A stretch of 64,000 nucleotides of DNA, taken from positions 96,001 through 160,000 of the forward strand of contig JBEKYR010000003.1 of assembly GCA_049510745.1 (NCBI GenBank), in the 5' to 3' direction. Under the pieces are notes generated by a model, which did not search any database, had not been told where the DNA came from, and saw only the letters and a program-made list of their open reading frames with translations. Positions 10,375-20,415 of the stretch are shown piece after piece. This DNA comes from Verrucomicrobiota bacterium (GTDB taxonomy: Bacteria > Verrucomicrobiota > Verrucomicrobiia > Limisphaerales > Palsa-1400). How positions within the stretch are numbered: the stretch's first letter is position 1; each line of letters starts with the position of its first letter. The position numbers and the translations under genes are program-made.

Positions 10375-11912
10375 CCAACCCGCATCCAGACGGTCTTCAG
10401 GTAAGCCGGTTCGGCGCGCTCGATGGGGAAATCCGGCGGCTGCGGCGCGTAGGGGCGGGCCAGCACGCGGCGGCCGGCCCGCGTGATCGCGCCGGTCACG
10501 GCTTCGAGAAAATCCTCCGGCGCGAACCCGGCCGCGTTGGTCGAGGCCAGGAGGAGGCCGCCGGGTTTGAGCGCCGGCAACGCGGCGGCGGCCAGCGCCC
10601 CGTAATCCTTTTCCGCTTGAAAGACGCCGCTTTCCCTCGAACGGGAAAAAGTGGGCGGGTCCAGGACAATCACATCGAACGCGCGCTTCTTCTTGACAAA
10701 ACGGCGGAGCCAGCCGAAGACGTCGCCAAAAATAAAATCGTGGCCGGAAGGATCGAGGCCGTTGAGGAGGAAGTTCCGCCGGCCCCACTCCAGGCAGTTT
10801 TTGGACAGGTCCAGGCTGGTGGCGCGCGCTCCGCCGAGGGCGGCGCAGACCGAAAAGCCGCAGGTGTAGGCGAAGGTGTTGAGCACTTGCGCCCCGGCGG
10901 GGATTTCGATGCCCGGCGCGACGTAACGGGTGAGGAAGCGGCGGCGATTGTCCCGTTGATCCAGGAACAGGCCGGCGGAATAACCCTCGTCCAGGCGCAG
11001 GGCGAAGCGCACGCCGTTTTCGCGCACGGAGATTTCCCCCGGCGCGGGCGCGCCCCACAAGAGGGCCGGCGCGTTCCGGGCCTCGCGTTGGAGGGTCTTG
11101 TGATAGACGGCGCGCGCGGCCACGCGGCGCGCCCAATCTTCGAGTTGACTCCGTTGCGCCGCGGTGGGCGGCGCGGCGGATTGGGCCAGCAAATAATCCC
11201 CCAACTGGTCCAGGTACAGGCCGGGCCACCCGTCCGCCGCGCCATGAACCAGCCGGAAAGCGTTGGTCGCGGCGGGATCGATGACCGCCCGGCGCAGGGC
11301 CAGGCGCGGTTCCTGCGCAAAATCCGGCGGCGCCGACAAGGAAACCGTCCGGCCGGTGGCGGGATGCTCGAATTGAAGATGCGCGGCATGCAAACAGAGG
11401 CGCGGGTACGGAGCGCCGCCGTAAAGAGTGTCCCCGAGAATGGGAAAACCCCCGGCGGCGGCCTGCACCCGGATTTGATGGGTCTTGCCGGTCAGCGGGC
11501 GGGCCTCGACCATCGCGCCGGCCGGTCGAAACCATGTTTCCGCCACCGCCGCGCCGGCGTGCAGGGGGCGGCTGACGTATTTTGGCCCGGCGCGAACCAG
11601 GGCGGAGCGCGCCTTCAGCTCGCGGAAGGCCACCGGGCGATCAGTCAAGAATAGATATTCTTTGAGCACCCGGCCTTCTTCGAACTGCCGGGCCAGGGCG
11701 CGATTGGCGGCGGCGGTCTTGCCGAACACGATCAAGCCCGAGGTCTCCTTGTCCAGGCGGTGGAGGAGGGAGAGGCCCTGCCAGCGCGGTTCGCGCTGCC
11801 GGAGCCATTCGTAGAGGCCCTCGCCGGCGAAGGGCGCGGGCAAGTGGGTGTTCCACCCGGCCGGTTTGTTCGCCGCCAGCAGGTGTTCATCTTCAAAAAC
11901 AATCAAATCCAT
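10371..11912 (-). CDS. Fusion of RluA-family pseudouridine synthase and RlmK/RlmI-family SAM-dependent rRNA methyltransferase
   Basis: N-half: ANKPAGW, LHRLDKETSGL, TGKTHQIRVQ, PILGDTLYG, LCLHA. C-half: GLFLDQRDNR, VLNTFAYTCGFSV, FDVIVLDPPTF. Start placed at MDLIVFED. Confidence 0.85.
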   Translation of the reverse strand: MDLIVFEDEHLLAANKPAGWNTHLPAPFAGEGLYEWLRQREPRWQGLSLLHRLDKETSGLIVFGKTAAANRALARQFEEGRVLKEYLFLTDRPVAFRELKARSALVRAGPKYVSRPLHAGAAVAETWFRPAGAMVEARPLTGKTHQIRVQAAAGGFPILGDTLYGGAPYPRLCLHAAHLQFEHPATGRTVSLSAPPDFAQEPRLALRRAVIDPAATNAFRLVHGAADGWPGLYLDQLGDYLLAQSAAPPTAAQRSQLEDWARRVAARAVYHKTLQREARNAPALLWGAPAPGEISVRENGVRFALRLDEGYSAGLFLDQRDNRRRFLTRYVAPGIEIPAGAQVLNTFAYTCGFSVCAALGGARATSLDLSKNCLEWGRRNFLLNGLDPSGHDFIFGDVFGWLRRFVKKKRAFDVIVLDPPTFSRSRESGVFQAEKDYGALAAAALPALKPGGLLLASTNAAGFAPEDFLEAVTGAITRAGRRVLARPYAPQPPDFPIERAEPAYLKTVWMRVG

Positions 11913-12024
11913 CCGCGGCGCGTTCTTGGCGCCAGAATGGGCAAGGGAACGCGGGCCGTCAAATGGTGAATTCTTCATTTTTCCTCTGGCCTCGCGCTGG
12001 CGCCCGTCGCATCATGGAGTCCTT

Positions 12025-13440
12025 ATGACAACCGGTAACGGAAGCCACTCCCGCTTGAGCCGCCGTCGCTTTCTCAAGGTCGCCGGCGCCGCGGGCGCCG
12101 CCTTTGCCCTGCCCACTTTCATTCCTGCCACCGCCTTGGGGCGAGGCGGGCGGCCTGCCCCTTCCGAACGGATCACCGTCGGGATCGTCGGCTGGGGCAT
12201 GATCGCGCCGGATAATACGCAGGGGCTGATGGCCCTGAAGGATTGCCAGGTGGTGGCCTCGTGCAACATCGACAAATCACACCTGAAACAATCCCTCGAT
12301 GTCATCAACGGCTTCTACCAGAACAAGGACTGCAAATCGTATCACGATTACCGGAAGATGCTGGCGCGGGACGACCTGGACGCGGTGATGATTGCGGTGC
12401 CGGACCATTGGCACGAATTGATCGCAGTCGCGGCCGCCCGGCGCAAGAAGGACATTTATGGCGAGAAGCCGCTGGCCAAGACCATCGCCGAACAGCAGCG
12501 GATAGTGCAAGCGGTGCGGGAAAACGGGTGCATCTGGCAAACCGGCTCGTGGCAGCGCTCCAAAGGCAGTTTTCACAAGGCGGCCGAAATTGTCCGCAAC
12601 GGCCTGATCGGCAAAATCAGCCGGGTCGAAGTCGGGTTGCCCTCCGGCCACACCGACTTTGCCCACATTGAACCGGAGTTTGTCAAGAAACTCGCCGCGC
12701 TCAACGCGGGCATCACCAGCCCCGCCCAGGTGTTGCCGGGAACTGCTGCGTGGAACCTGGCCGTCACGAAGGCCCCGCGCGAGTTGGATTACAACACCTG
12801 GATCGGCCCCTCGAGAATGGAACCCTACATCAAGGTGCGCGGCCACTTGGACTGGCGCTGGAATTACAATACCGGCGGCGGCCAATTGATGGACTGGGTC
12901 GGCCATCATGTCGATATCGCCCATTGGGGATTGGGATTTGACAGCAGCGGTCCCTACGAATTGGAAGGCCACGGCGACTTCCCGCCCCAGGAGGCCATCT
13001 GGAACACCTGCACCAAATATCGCATCGAACTGAAGTATCCCAACGACATCCGCATGACCATCGCCGGCGGACACGACGACATCAAGAACGGCACAAAATG
13101 GATCGGTTCGGACGGCTGGGTGTGGGTGAACCGCGAAAGTTTCGACGCCTCGAATGAGGATTGGAGGGACATCAAGGAACTTTCCGACCGGGACGCCAAG
13201 ATCAAGCTCATCAAATCGACCGATCATTACCGCAACTTCATCGACTCGGTCAAATCGCGGCAGCCCACCATCACGCCCGTCGAAACCGCCCATCACTCCA
13301 CCCTCCCCGGCCATCTCGGCCTGATCTCGATGTGGGTGGGGCGCAAACTGCGCTGGGACGCGGCCAGGGAAGAAATTCTTGACGATCCGACGGCGACCGA
13401 CTTGATGACCCGCATGTACCGTCCGCCCTACGAGATGTGA
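12025..13440 (+). CDS. Tat-exported Gfo/Idh/MocA-family oxidoreductase
   Basis: SRRRFLK Tat motif; IVGWG, DAVMIAVPDHWH, YGEKPL, DWVGHHVD. Confidence 0.9.
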   Translation: MTTGNGSHSRLSRRRFLKVAGAAGAAFALPTFIPATALGRGGRPAPSERITVGIVGWGMIAPDNTQGLMALKDCQVVASCNIDKSHLKQSLDVINGFYQNKDCKSYHDYRKMLARDDLDAVMIAVPDHWHELIAVAAARRKKDIYGEKPLAKTIAEQQRIVQAVRENGCIWQTGSWQRSKGSFHKAAEIVRNGLIGKISRVEVGLPSGHTDFAHIEPEFVKKLAALNAGITSPAQVLPGTAAWNLAVTKAPRELDYNTWIGPSRMEPYIKVRGHLDWRWNYNTGGGQLMDWVGHHVDIAHWGLGFDSSGPYELEGHGDFPPQEAIWNTCTKYRIELKYPNDIRMTIAGGHDDIKNGTKWIGSDGWVWVNRESFDASNEDWRDIKELSDRDAKIKLIKSTDHYRNFIDSVKSRQPTITPVETAHHSTLPGHLGLISMWVGRKLRWDAAREEILDDPTATDLMTRMYRPPYEM

Positions 13441-13449
13441 CGCCGCGCG

Positions 13450-14844
13450 TCACATCTGCTCTTTGAGCAGACTGAAAACGTCCGTCGAGTCGATCTGCGG
13501 CGGAATCGTTCCCGCCGGGCGTTCGCAGAGCAACACGGGCTGCTCCCCCGCCGGAACCGCGCGCCTTCCGTGCGACCCTTTCACCAGGCCGGCGTCCAGC
13601 GGAATGACATCCATCAACATGCGGAAGCCGAGTTGCTTGCGCAGCAAACGCCAGAGGATTTTCAGTTTGACCATGGGGATTTTCGGGTCCAAAAACAACT
13701 CGGCCGGGTCGTAGCCGGGTTTGCGATGGATGTCCACGCAACGCGCGAAATCCGGCGCCAGCGCATCATCCAACCAGTAATAATAGGTAAACCACGCCCC
13801 CCCGGCCGCCACCGCGATCAAGTCGCCCGCGCGCGGATGGTCCAGGCCCAGCGCCCGCTTTTCCGCCGCGCCGAGGACCGCCCCGACCCCCGGTTGCGCG
13901 CCCAGCGCGTCCCGCGCCCGCGCTTCCAGCGAAGGGTCATTGAGGTAAACATGGGCGACCTGATGATCGGCGACGGCGAAGACCTTGCTGGCGCCGCAAT
14001 CGAGCAGTTCCAATCCCAGTTCCTCCCGCACCGCCACCCAGCCGTTTTCCCGAAACACCCGGTTCAGATGCACGGGCCGCTCGACGCCCGAAATTCCATA
14101 TTCGGAAAGCATGATGACGCGCACTCCCCGCTTTTGAACATAGGAAATCAAATCGCCCGCGATGTTGTCGATGCGCCGCAGGTCCGCCGCGATCAACGGC
14201 GAAGCCGGCCCGTGCCGTTGCAGATTGTAGTCCAGATGCGGCAGGTAAACCAGGCTCAACGTCGGCGCGTATTTTTGCTCGACCCATTTGGCCGATTCCG
14301 CGATCCAGCGCGAGGCCGCGTCCGCGCTCCCGTGCGGCCCGGCCACGCCCGCCGCCGGTCCCCAAAAGGCCTGGAACGGGAATTCCCCCAAGTCCCGCTT
14401 GATGGCCGGGCGGAGGCCGGGCGGCCACGCATAGATGTCGAACACCTTGCGCCCGTCGGCCGGATACATGGGACGGGGCGTGATGGAGTAATCCGCCGTC
14501 GAATACATGTTGAACCACCAGAACAATTGCGCGCAGGTGAAGGCCGGGTCGCGCCGGCGCAATTCCTCCCAAATCTTCGTCCCCCCCACCAGGTGATTGG
14601 ACTGCTTCCAGAACTGCACCTCGGCCAGTTCGCGATGGTACCAGCCGTTGCCCACAATGCCGTGGCGGGCGGGAGGGGCGCCAGTCAAGTAGTTGGCTTG
14701 CGCGGTGCAGGTGACGGCGGGAAACGCCGGCACGATGCGCGCCTGCGCGCCCCGGTTGCGGAAGGCCGCGAGGTTCGGCATCTCCGGGCCGAGGAGCGAT
14801 TCCGCCAGGCCGGCCACGTTGATGACCGCCGTTCGATTCAACAC
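13450..14844 (-). CDS. Alkaline phosphatase / nucleotide pyrophosphatase family protein (EboF-like)
   Basis: PAVTCTAQ, HGIVGNGWY, FWKQSNHLV, YLPHLDYNLQR, VDIHRKPGYDP, VKGSHGR. Confidence 0.85.
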   Translation of the reverse strand: MLNRTAVINVAGLAESLLGPEMPNLAAFRNRGAQARIVPAFPAVTCTAQANYLTGAPPARHGIVGNGWYHRELAEVQFWKQSNHLVGGTKIWEELRRRDPAFTCAQLFWWFNMYSTADYSITPRPMYPADGRKVFDIYAWPPGLRPAIKRDLGEFPFQAFWGPAAGVAGPHGSADAASRWIAESAKWVEQKYAPTLSLVYLPHLDYNLQRHGPASPLIAADLRRIDNIAGDLISYVQKRGVRVIMLSEYGISGVERPVHLNRVFRENGWVAVREELGLELLDCGASKVFAVADHQVAHVYLNDPSLEARARDALGAQPGVGAVLGAAEKRALGLDHPRAGDLIAVAAGGAWFTYYYWLDDALAPDFARCVDIHRKPGYDPAELFLDPKIPMVKLKILWRLLRKQLGFRMLMDVIPLDAGLVKGSHGRRAVPAGEQPVLLCERPAGTIPPQIDSTDVFSLLKEQM

Positions 14845-14889
14845 GGCCCGTCTATCCTCCTTTGCTGCTATAAAACATAAATCTCGCGC

Positions 14890-15138
14890 TCAGTTGCAGC
14901 GGGACCAATAATAGATTCCGGCGATGATGCCCAGGGAGGCCACGCTCATCCAAAGGGCCGAGCCGATGAAATAGGAACCCGCCACCAGGGCAATGCCGCC
15001 AAAAAGCGGCGGGGCCGATCGCTGTTTTTTTCCGTAAATGAAAAATCCGGCGCCGATCGCTCCCCAGATCAACGACGCCACCAGCGTGCCCGAATCGACA
15101 TGGAGCGGGAGCGAGGGAATCGGGCTGGGTTCGTCCAT
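14890..15138 (-). CDS. Small conserved membrane protein
   Basis: Three hydrophobic segments with IWGAIGAGFFIYGKKQ motif; co-oriented with der. Confidence 0.65.
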   Translation of the reverse strand: MDEPSPIPSLPLHVDSGTLVASLIWGAIGAGFFIYGKKQRSAPPLFGGIALVAGSYFIGSALWMSVASLGIIAGIYYWSRCN

Positions 15139-15170
15139 CAAGCCGGCGCCGAAAAATCCGTCGAGCTTCG

Positions 15171-16694
15171 TCATTCGTCATTTTCCCCGGTTGATCCACT
15201 CCGGCCTTCCCGCGGCGCCGGCGAGTGTCCAAAACTCGAGCTCCGCCCGCGCCCGTGTCCGCGGATGGAGGCGATGGTCTTGGCGCGGCTGCGCGGCACC
15301 AGCACCAGCGGGCAGCCTTCAAAGCCGAAGGCCCGCCGCATCTCGTTGGCCAGATATTTCTTGTACGCGTCGGAAAACAAATCCGCGCGGTTGACGAAGA
15401 GCAGAAACATCGGCGGCGCCTGCTTGATTTGCGTCGCGTAAAAAAACTTCAGCCGGTGCCCCGCCGAACTCAACGGCTGCCGTTGCGCGATGGCGTCGTG
15501 CAGGGTGCGGTTGAGGATCGCCGTCGGAACCTTCTGGCGCAATTGCGAGGCGACATAGCGGATCGATTCCAGCAACTGCTCGAGGTGGAATCCCGATTTC
15601 GCCGAGGTGAAAATGACCGGGGCGTAATCGAGAAAAAAGAGATGCTCCCGCACCCAGCCGCCAAACTCCCCCAGCGAGGTGAGCGGCCTGGATTGCCCTT
15701 CCCGCCGTTTCTTCTCCTGATCGCGCAATTCCTTGCGGGCCGTCTCCACTTCGGGAGCGACCAGGTCCCACTTGTTGACAACCAGCACGCACGCCTTGCG
15801 CTCCTCGATGATCTTGTCGGCCACTTTCTTGTCCTGCGACAGGATGCCCGCCTCCGCGTCCAGCACGAAAATGACAATGTCGCACCGGGCAATCGAGTCC
15901 TCCGTGCGCTTGACGCTGAAAAACTCGACGGAATCATCCACGCGCCGTTTCTGCCGCACGCCGGCCGTGTCAATCAAAATATATTTCTGCCGCGCGCCGC
16001 CGGTCTCGACTTCAAAAGGGACATCGACCGAGTCGCGGGTCGTGCCGGGAACGGGGGTGACGATGACCCGTTGGGAATGGGTCAAGGCGTTGATGAGGGA
16101 CGATTTGCCCACGTTGGGCCGGCCCACGACCGCCAATTTGAGCGCCGGCCCGGCCGCGGCGTCCGGGGCCGGCCCGCCCTCCGCCTCGGCGGGCAGCGCG
16201 GCCATGGCGGCGTCCATCAGCGCGTCAATGCCCCGCTGATGAATGGCGCTGACCGGAAAAATCCCGAGAAAGCCCAACGCGGAAAACTCGTCCGCGCCGG
16301 CGTTGTCCCGATCATTGTCCGCCTTATTGACCGCAACCAGCGCCTCCTTGCCCGCGCGCCGCAGCCTTTGGGCGACCTCCCTGTCCAGCGGCACAACCCC
16401 CTCGCGGACATCGACAACGAGGATAATGACCTGGGCCGCTTCGATGGCCAATTGGACCTGCGCGAACGCCGCCTCGGCGATGGCATCGCGCGCCTTCTCC
16501 CCGCGCACCAGCCCGATGCCGCCCGTATCGACGAGGGTGAAGGGCCGTCCGCGCCACTCCACCTCGGCGGTGACGCGATCGCGCGTCACGCCCGGCTCGT
16601 CGTGGACGATGGCGATGCGTTTGCCGGCGATGCGATTAAACAGCGCGGATTTCCCCACATTGGGCCGACCGACAATGGCAATAAGACCAGGCAC
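15171..16694 (-). CDS. der: Ribosome biogenesis GTPase Der (EngA)
   Basis: Two GRPNVGKS P-loops, GVTRD/GTTRD, DTGG/DTAG, NKAD/NKWD and C-terminal KH-like region; GTG start at 16694 assumed. Confidence 0.97.
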   Translation of the reverse strand: MPGLIAIVGRPNVGKSALFNRIAGKRIAIVHDEPGVTRDRVTAEVEWRGRPFTLVDTGGIGLVRGEKARDAIAEAAFAQVQLAIEAAQVIILVVDVREGVVPLDREVAQRLRRAGKEALVAVNKADNDRDNAGADEFSALGFLGIFPVSAIHQRGIDALMDAAMAALPAEAEGGPAPDAAAGPALKLAVVGRPNVGKSSLINALTHSQRVIVTPVPGTTRDSVDVPFEVETGGARQKYILIDTAGVRQKRRVDDSVEFFSVKRTEDSIARCDIVIFVLDAEAGILSQDKKVADKIIEERKACVLVVNKWDLVAPEVETARKELRDQEKKRREGQSRPLTSLGEFGGWVREHLFFLDYAPVIFTSAKSGFHLEQLLESIRYVASQLRQKVPTAILNRTLHDAIAQRQPLSSAGHRLKFFYATQIKQAPPMFLLFVNRADLFSDAYKKYLANEMRRAFGFEGCPLVLVPRSRAKTIASIRGHGRGRSSSFGHSPAPREGRSGSTGENDE

Positions 16695-16890
16695 GTTGGG
16701 CCAGAGTAGGCGCAATCAGCGCCACAAGCCATACCGGAATTGCAGGCCCGCGCAACCCGGGTGCATTTCAATATTTGGACCCCGGTCAGCGCGGCTGGAG
16801 GGCAAGCGGCAATCGTGCGGTGCTTGTGAGGTTTTTCGTCTCCGGTCGCCGTCGCCGGTTCCGGGTATTTTTAGGATTTTCATTTTTTGG

Positions 16891-16950
16891 CCCGATTTAG
16901 CCGGATTTACCCGGATTTGGCCGGATTTTTCCGGATTTGTCCGGGTTTGG
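16891..16950. repeat. Tandem 10-bp repeat, consensus CCGGATTTNN, 6 copies
   Basis: cccgatttag ccggatttac ccggatttgg ccggattttt ccggatttgt ccgggtttgg. Confidence 0.9.
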
Positions 16951-17306
16951 GGCTTCGTTTTCCGGGTTGAATCCGGCATTTTTTGCCGCTTCTTGGGGTA
17001 GTTCCCGGTGCCAGCGCAGCATCGGGTCTGCGCTTGGGCCGCGCCAGATTTGAGTTTTTGCGTCAAGTCTGTCACCTGCAAATGACGGCAAATGTCCGTC
17101 CAAGGTTTGACTGGCTTGATTGGTGAGCCAATGGGACCAATGCGACGAATGGCTGATGCGATGGGAGAGGTCTGCGAGCCACGGGCCGGTGTTGACCGGG
17201 CCGCACTGAGCACTTTGCCTTTTGCATGTCTCATTCATGCTGGCTCGATTTAAGCACAGGTCTATCAAGACGAAAAACCTACGGAAGGAAAAAAAAGCGA
17301 ATTTAA

Positions 17307-17425
17307 GAATGAGTGAATCAGTGAATTGGAGGAGAATAAGCGAGTCAGTGAATCAGTGAATGAGGGTGCTGTTAACAGCCCATCCGGCCCCTTTCTCACT
17401 CACTGATTCACTGATTCACTGATTC
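17307..17425. repeat. Octamer arrays (GAATCAGT-like x3, x3) with an inverted ACTGATTC x3 array
   Basis: Units at 17307/17315/17323 and 17342/17350/17358; reverse-complement units at 17402/17410/17418. Confidence 0.85.
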
Positions 17426-18463
17426 TCTTCTTGTCTTCGCGTGCCGTTCCAAATACGCGCCCAGGCTGGCGGGGCCGACCTTTTTGTTCACCCGGTAATC
17501 TTCGCGATAAGCGAACCAAAGCGCGCGCGAAATCTTGACGGGATTGAATTCCCTCGGCCGCCGCTTGTTTTTGAGCGAATAGACAAAATCGCAAAGGCAC
17601 ACGCGGTCGTCCACCACGCGAATCAGCGCGTCCATGCGCGGGGAGAGCGGGCGGCAACGGCGCCAGGCGGAACGAATGGCCCAGACGTATTGCAGCCAGT
17701 ACTGCCAGCGGTGGCTGCGATGGGCGTTGAGCGTCATGCTGGCCGGCGAGGCGCGGCAGGCGACCAGCGGTTCGCCCAGCACGAGCAATTCCCCGGAACG
17801 CAGGCCCAGTTCGCTCATGAAGGAAACATCGTTGCCGTAGGCATGACGCGAGAAGTCAAACCCGTAGGGATTCTCAAAGTCGATGTAATGATCGAACACC
17901 TCTCGGGCCACCGCCGTGTCCCATAACCCGCAGATTTGGCTGACGGGAAAAACCGCCGCCAGGATGCCCAGGGCGTATTGGTCCCCTTTGACTTTGCCGG
18001 TGGGAAACTGGTGCAGCAGAACGCGGCTGGCTTCGCCGGTGCGGATGTTTTTCGCGCCGGGATTCTCCACCGCCGCCGGCAGCGTCTCGGAATAGGCGTT
18101 GCAACTGGCGATGACTTGCGATGGGTTTTGCCGCAAAACTTCCACCAATGCCCCGGCATAGCGCGGCAAAATCAAATCGTCCGCCCAAACGAAGGTGGCG
18201 TACTTTCCGCGCGCTTCCTGGAGGAGCTTGCGCCAGGCGCGGACGGGGCCGGAATTGGTGTCGCTGGAGAAAAAACGGATGCGCGGGTCCTGCCGGGCGG
18301 CGGCCTGGATGATCTGGCGGGTGGCGTCCTGGCTGGCCTCGTCGTAAATGACGATTTCCAGATCGCGAAACGTCTGGCTCCGGCACGACGCGATGGCCTC
18401 CGCCACCGTCAAGGCGCTGTTGAATGTGGGAATTAAAAGGCTGACCAGAGGAGCGGCCGGCAT
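17408..18463 (-). CDS. Family 2 glycosyltransferase
   Basis: LVSLLIPTFN, EIVIYDEASQD, ARGKYATFVWADD. Confidence 0.9.
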   Translation of the reverse strand: MPAAPLVSLLIPTFNSALTVAEAIASCRSQTFRDLEIVIYDEASQDATRQIIQAAARQDPRIRFFSSDTNSGPVRAWRKLLQEARGKYATFVWADDLILPRYAGALVEVLRQNPSQVIASCNAYSETLPAAVENPGAKNIRTGEASRVLLHQFPTGKVKGDQYALGILAAVFPVSQICGLWDTAVAREVFDHYIDFENPYGFDFSRHAYGNDVSFMSELGLRSGELLVLGEPLVACRASPASMTLNAHRSHRWQYWLQYVWAIRSAWRRCRPLSPRMDALIRVVDDRVCLCDFVYSLKNKRRPREFNPVKISRALWFAYREDYRVNKKVGPASLGAYLERHAKTRRESVNQ

Positions 18464-18464
18464 A

Positions 18465-19478
18465 TCATCCCGTCACTTTGACGCGGCCTTCGCGGTGGTC
18501 TTTGAGGAGCTGGATGTCGGCTTCGACCATCAATTTCACCAAATCGGCGAACTTGGTTTTCGGCTCCCAGCCGAGCTGGCGTTTGGCCTTGCTGGCATCG
18601 CCGATGAGCACATCGACCTCCGCCGGTCGGTAGTAGCGCGGATCGATTTCCACGTGTTTCTTCCAGTCCAGTTTGACATGGCCGAAGGCCAGATCGAGAA
18701 ACTCGCGGATGGAATGCGTTTCCCCCGTGGCCACGACGTAATCATCGGGTCGGTCCTGCTGCAACATCAGCCACATCGCCTCGACGTATTCCTTGGCGTA
18801 GCCCCAATCGCGCTTGGCGTCGAGGTTGCCGAGGTAAAGCTTGTCCTGCAAGCCGGCCTGGATGTGGGCGACGGCGCGGGTGATTTTGCGGGTGACGAAC
18901 GTCTCGCCGCGGCGGGGCGATTCGTGGTTGAAGAGGATGCCGTTGCTGGCGTGCAGGCCGTAGGATTCCCGGTAATTGACAGTGATCCAGAAGGAATAGA
19001 CCTTCGAGCAGCCGTATGGGCTGCGCGGATAAAAGGGAGTGGTTTCGCGCTGCGGGATCTCCCGGACCTTCCCGAACATCTCGCTGGAGGAAGCCTGGTA
19101 GAAACGGGGTTGCAGGCCGGTTTCGCGGATGGCTTCGAGCAGCCGGACGGTGCCGGTGGCCGAAACGTCGGTCGTGTATTCCGGGGCGTCGAAGCTGACG
19201 CGGACGTGGCTTTGCGCGGCCAGGTTGTAAAGTTCGTCCGGCTGGATTTTGCCCAGCAACCGGCTCAAGCCGCTGGCATCGCTCAAATCGCCGTAGTGGA
19301 GGAAGAGGCGGTTTTTGGAGTTGTGCTGATCGGAATAGATGCTTTCGAGGCGGCCGGTGTTAAAGGTGCTGGCGCGGCGGATGAGGCCGTGGACCTGGTA
19401 GCCCTTGGCGAGCAGCAACTCCGCCAGATAGGAGCCATCCTGGCCCGTGATGCCTGTAATCAGCGCTTTTTTTGACAT
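18465..19478 (-). CDS. gmd: GDP-mannose 4,6-dehydratase
   Basis: [63 protein letters not shown]. Confidence 0.97.
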   Translation of the reverse strand: MSKKALITGITGQDGSYLAELLLAKGYQVHGLIRRASTFNTGRLESIYSDQHNSKNRLFLHYGDLSDASGLSRLLGKIQPDELYNLAAQSHVRVSFDAPEYTTDVSATGTVRLLEAIRETGLQPRFYQASSSEMFGKVREIPQRETTPFYPRSPYGCSKVYSFWITVNYRESYGLHASNGILFNHESPRRGETFVTRKITRAVAHIQAGLQDKLYLGNLDAKRDWGYAKEYVEAMWLMLQQDRPDDYVVATGETHSIREFLDLAFGHVKLDWKKHVEIDPRYYRPAEVDVLIGDASKAKRQLGWEPKTKFADLVKLMVEADIQLLKDHREGRVKVTG

Positions 19479-19573
19479 ACAACGAGCCAAAGGTTCGGCA
19501 ACGGCAGAGGGGATGGCAAGCCTGAAGTTCCATCTTGGTTCTGCCCGTGTTTCTCCCGGCCGCAAACAGCGCC

Positions 19574-20296
19574 CTACCCTCGCATTTTGGCGGCCAGTTG
19601 GGCGGCGAAGGCGGCGTGGGCCGCGTCTTGCAGGCTGCTTTGAAGAACATCCAGCACTTTGGCGGAATCCCGGGCGAGAAGCGCATCGACGGCCAGCGCC
19701 AATCCCGGGAAGTGCGGACTGCGAATGACATGCTGGGCATCCGGCGCGTTGGGGCGATATTCGTCATTCTCCAGGACAAACCAGTCGAATTGGCCGTCGA
19801 GAACGCGCCAGACCAAGTATTCGCGCACCCCGGCGCGGCGGTAGGCGCGGAGTTTGTCATGCAGATCAATCGCCACGCTGCTGGCCGCAATTTCAACGAT
19901 GAGTTCCGGCGGCCCCTCCAGATAATCGGCCGCGTCCAGCCGCGTCTGCCCGCCACATTCGGGCAGCAACCGCAACAGCGCGTCCGGTTGCGGGACGTTT
20001 TCCGCGTCCAGCCGGACGGTGACGTTTCCGGCCGCTTCCGTGCCCGCTGTGCGGGCGGAATAATAAACGAGCCAGCCTTGGATGAGTGAGTCTGGCGCGC
20101 CGTGCGAGAAACGGACGGGGGAGGGCATATAGACGATTCCTTCAATGAGTTCAGCCTTCTTGACCTGTGGCATTTCCTCATAGCGCCGCAAGAACTCGGC
20201 CGCACCAAGCCGGTCGCCGCTTTCCAGCGGCGGCAATGGGGGCCGTTTTCCCGGCCTGCGGGGCCGCGAAGGTGGGGCTGTGCCGATTGCTGCCAT
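19574..20296 (-). CDS. Uma2 (DUF820) family endonuclease-fold protein
   Basis: [40 protein letters not shown]. Confidence 0.9.
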   Translation of the reverse strand: MAAIGTAPPSRPRRPGKRPPLPPLESGDRLGAAEFLRRYEEMPQVKKAELIEGIVYMPSPVRFSHGAPDSLIQGWLVYYSARTAGTEAAGNVTVRLDAENVPQPDALLRLLPECGGQTRLDAADYLEGPPELIVEIAASSVAIDLHDKLRAYRRAGVREYLVWRVLDGQFDWFVLENDEYRPNAPDAQHVIRSPHFPGLALAVDALLARDSAKVLDVLQSSLQDAAHAAFAAQLAAKMRG

Positions 20297-20415
20297 ATCC
20301 AGAGGTTATCAGCAAACCCGCGCGCGGGCAACCGGCATTTGCGCAGAAAAGACTGGCGTGGGCGAATGCCTTCTCTAACATCGGGCCGTTGCGCGCCCCG
20401 TCGGCGCGGGCGAAA

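Noticed and set aside
8752..11654. Long alternative ORFs (927 aa minus, 605 aa plus) and many similar overlapping ORFs elsewhere
   Set aside because: Shadow frames of well-supported genes in high-GC DNA; Arg/Gly/Pro-rich and motif-free
16716..17268. ORFs 16716-17234 and 16897-17268 with KSGQIR/NPGKSG-like repeats
   Set aside because: Peptide repeats are translations of the 10-bp DNA array; no family motif, though small-protein coding cannot be fully excluded
16891..17425. Possible CRISPR array
   Set aside because: Units are 8-10 bp, tandem, without unique spacers; no cas genes in the window
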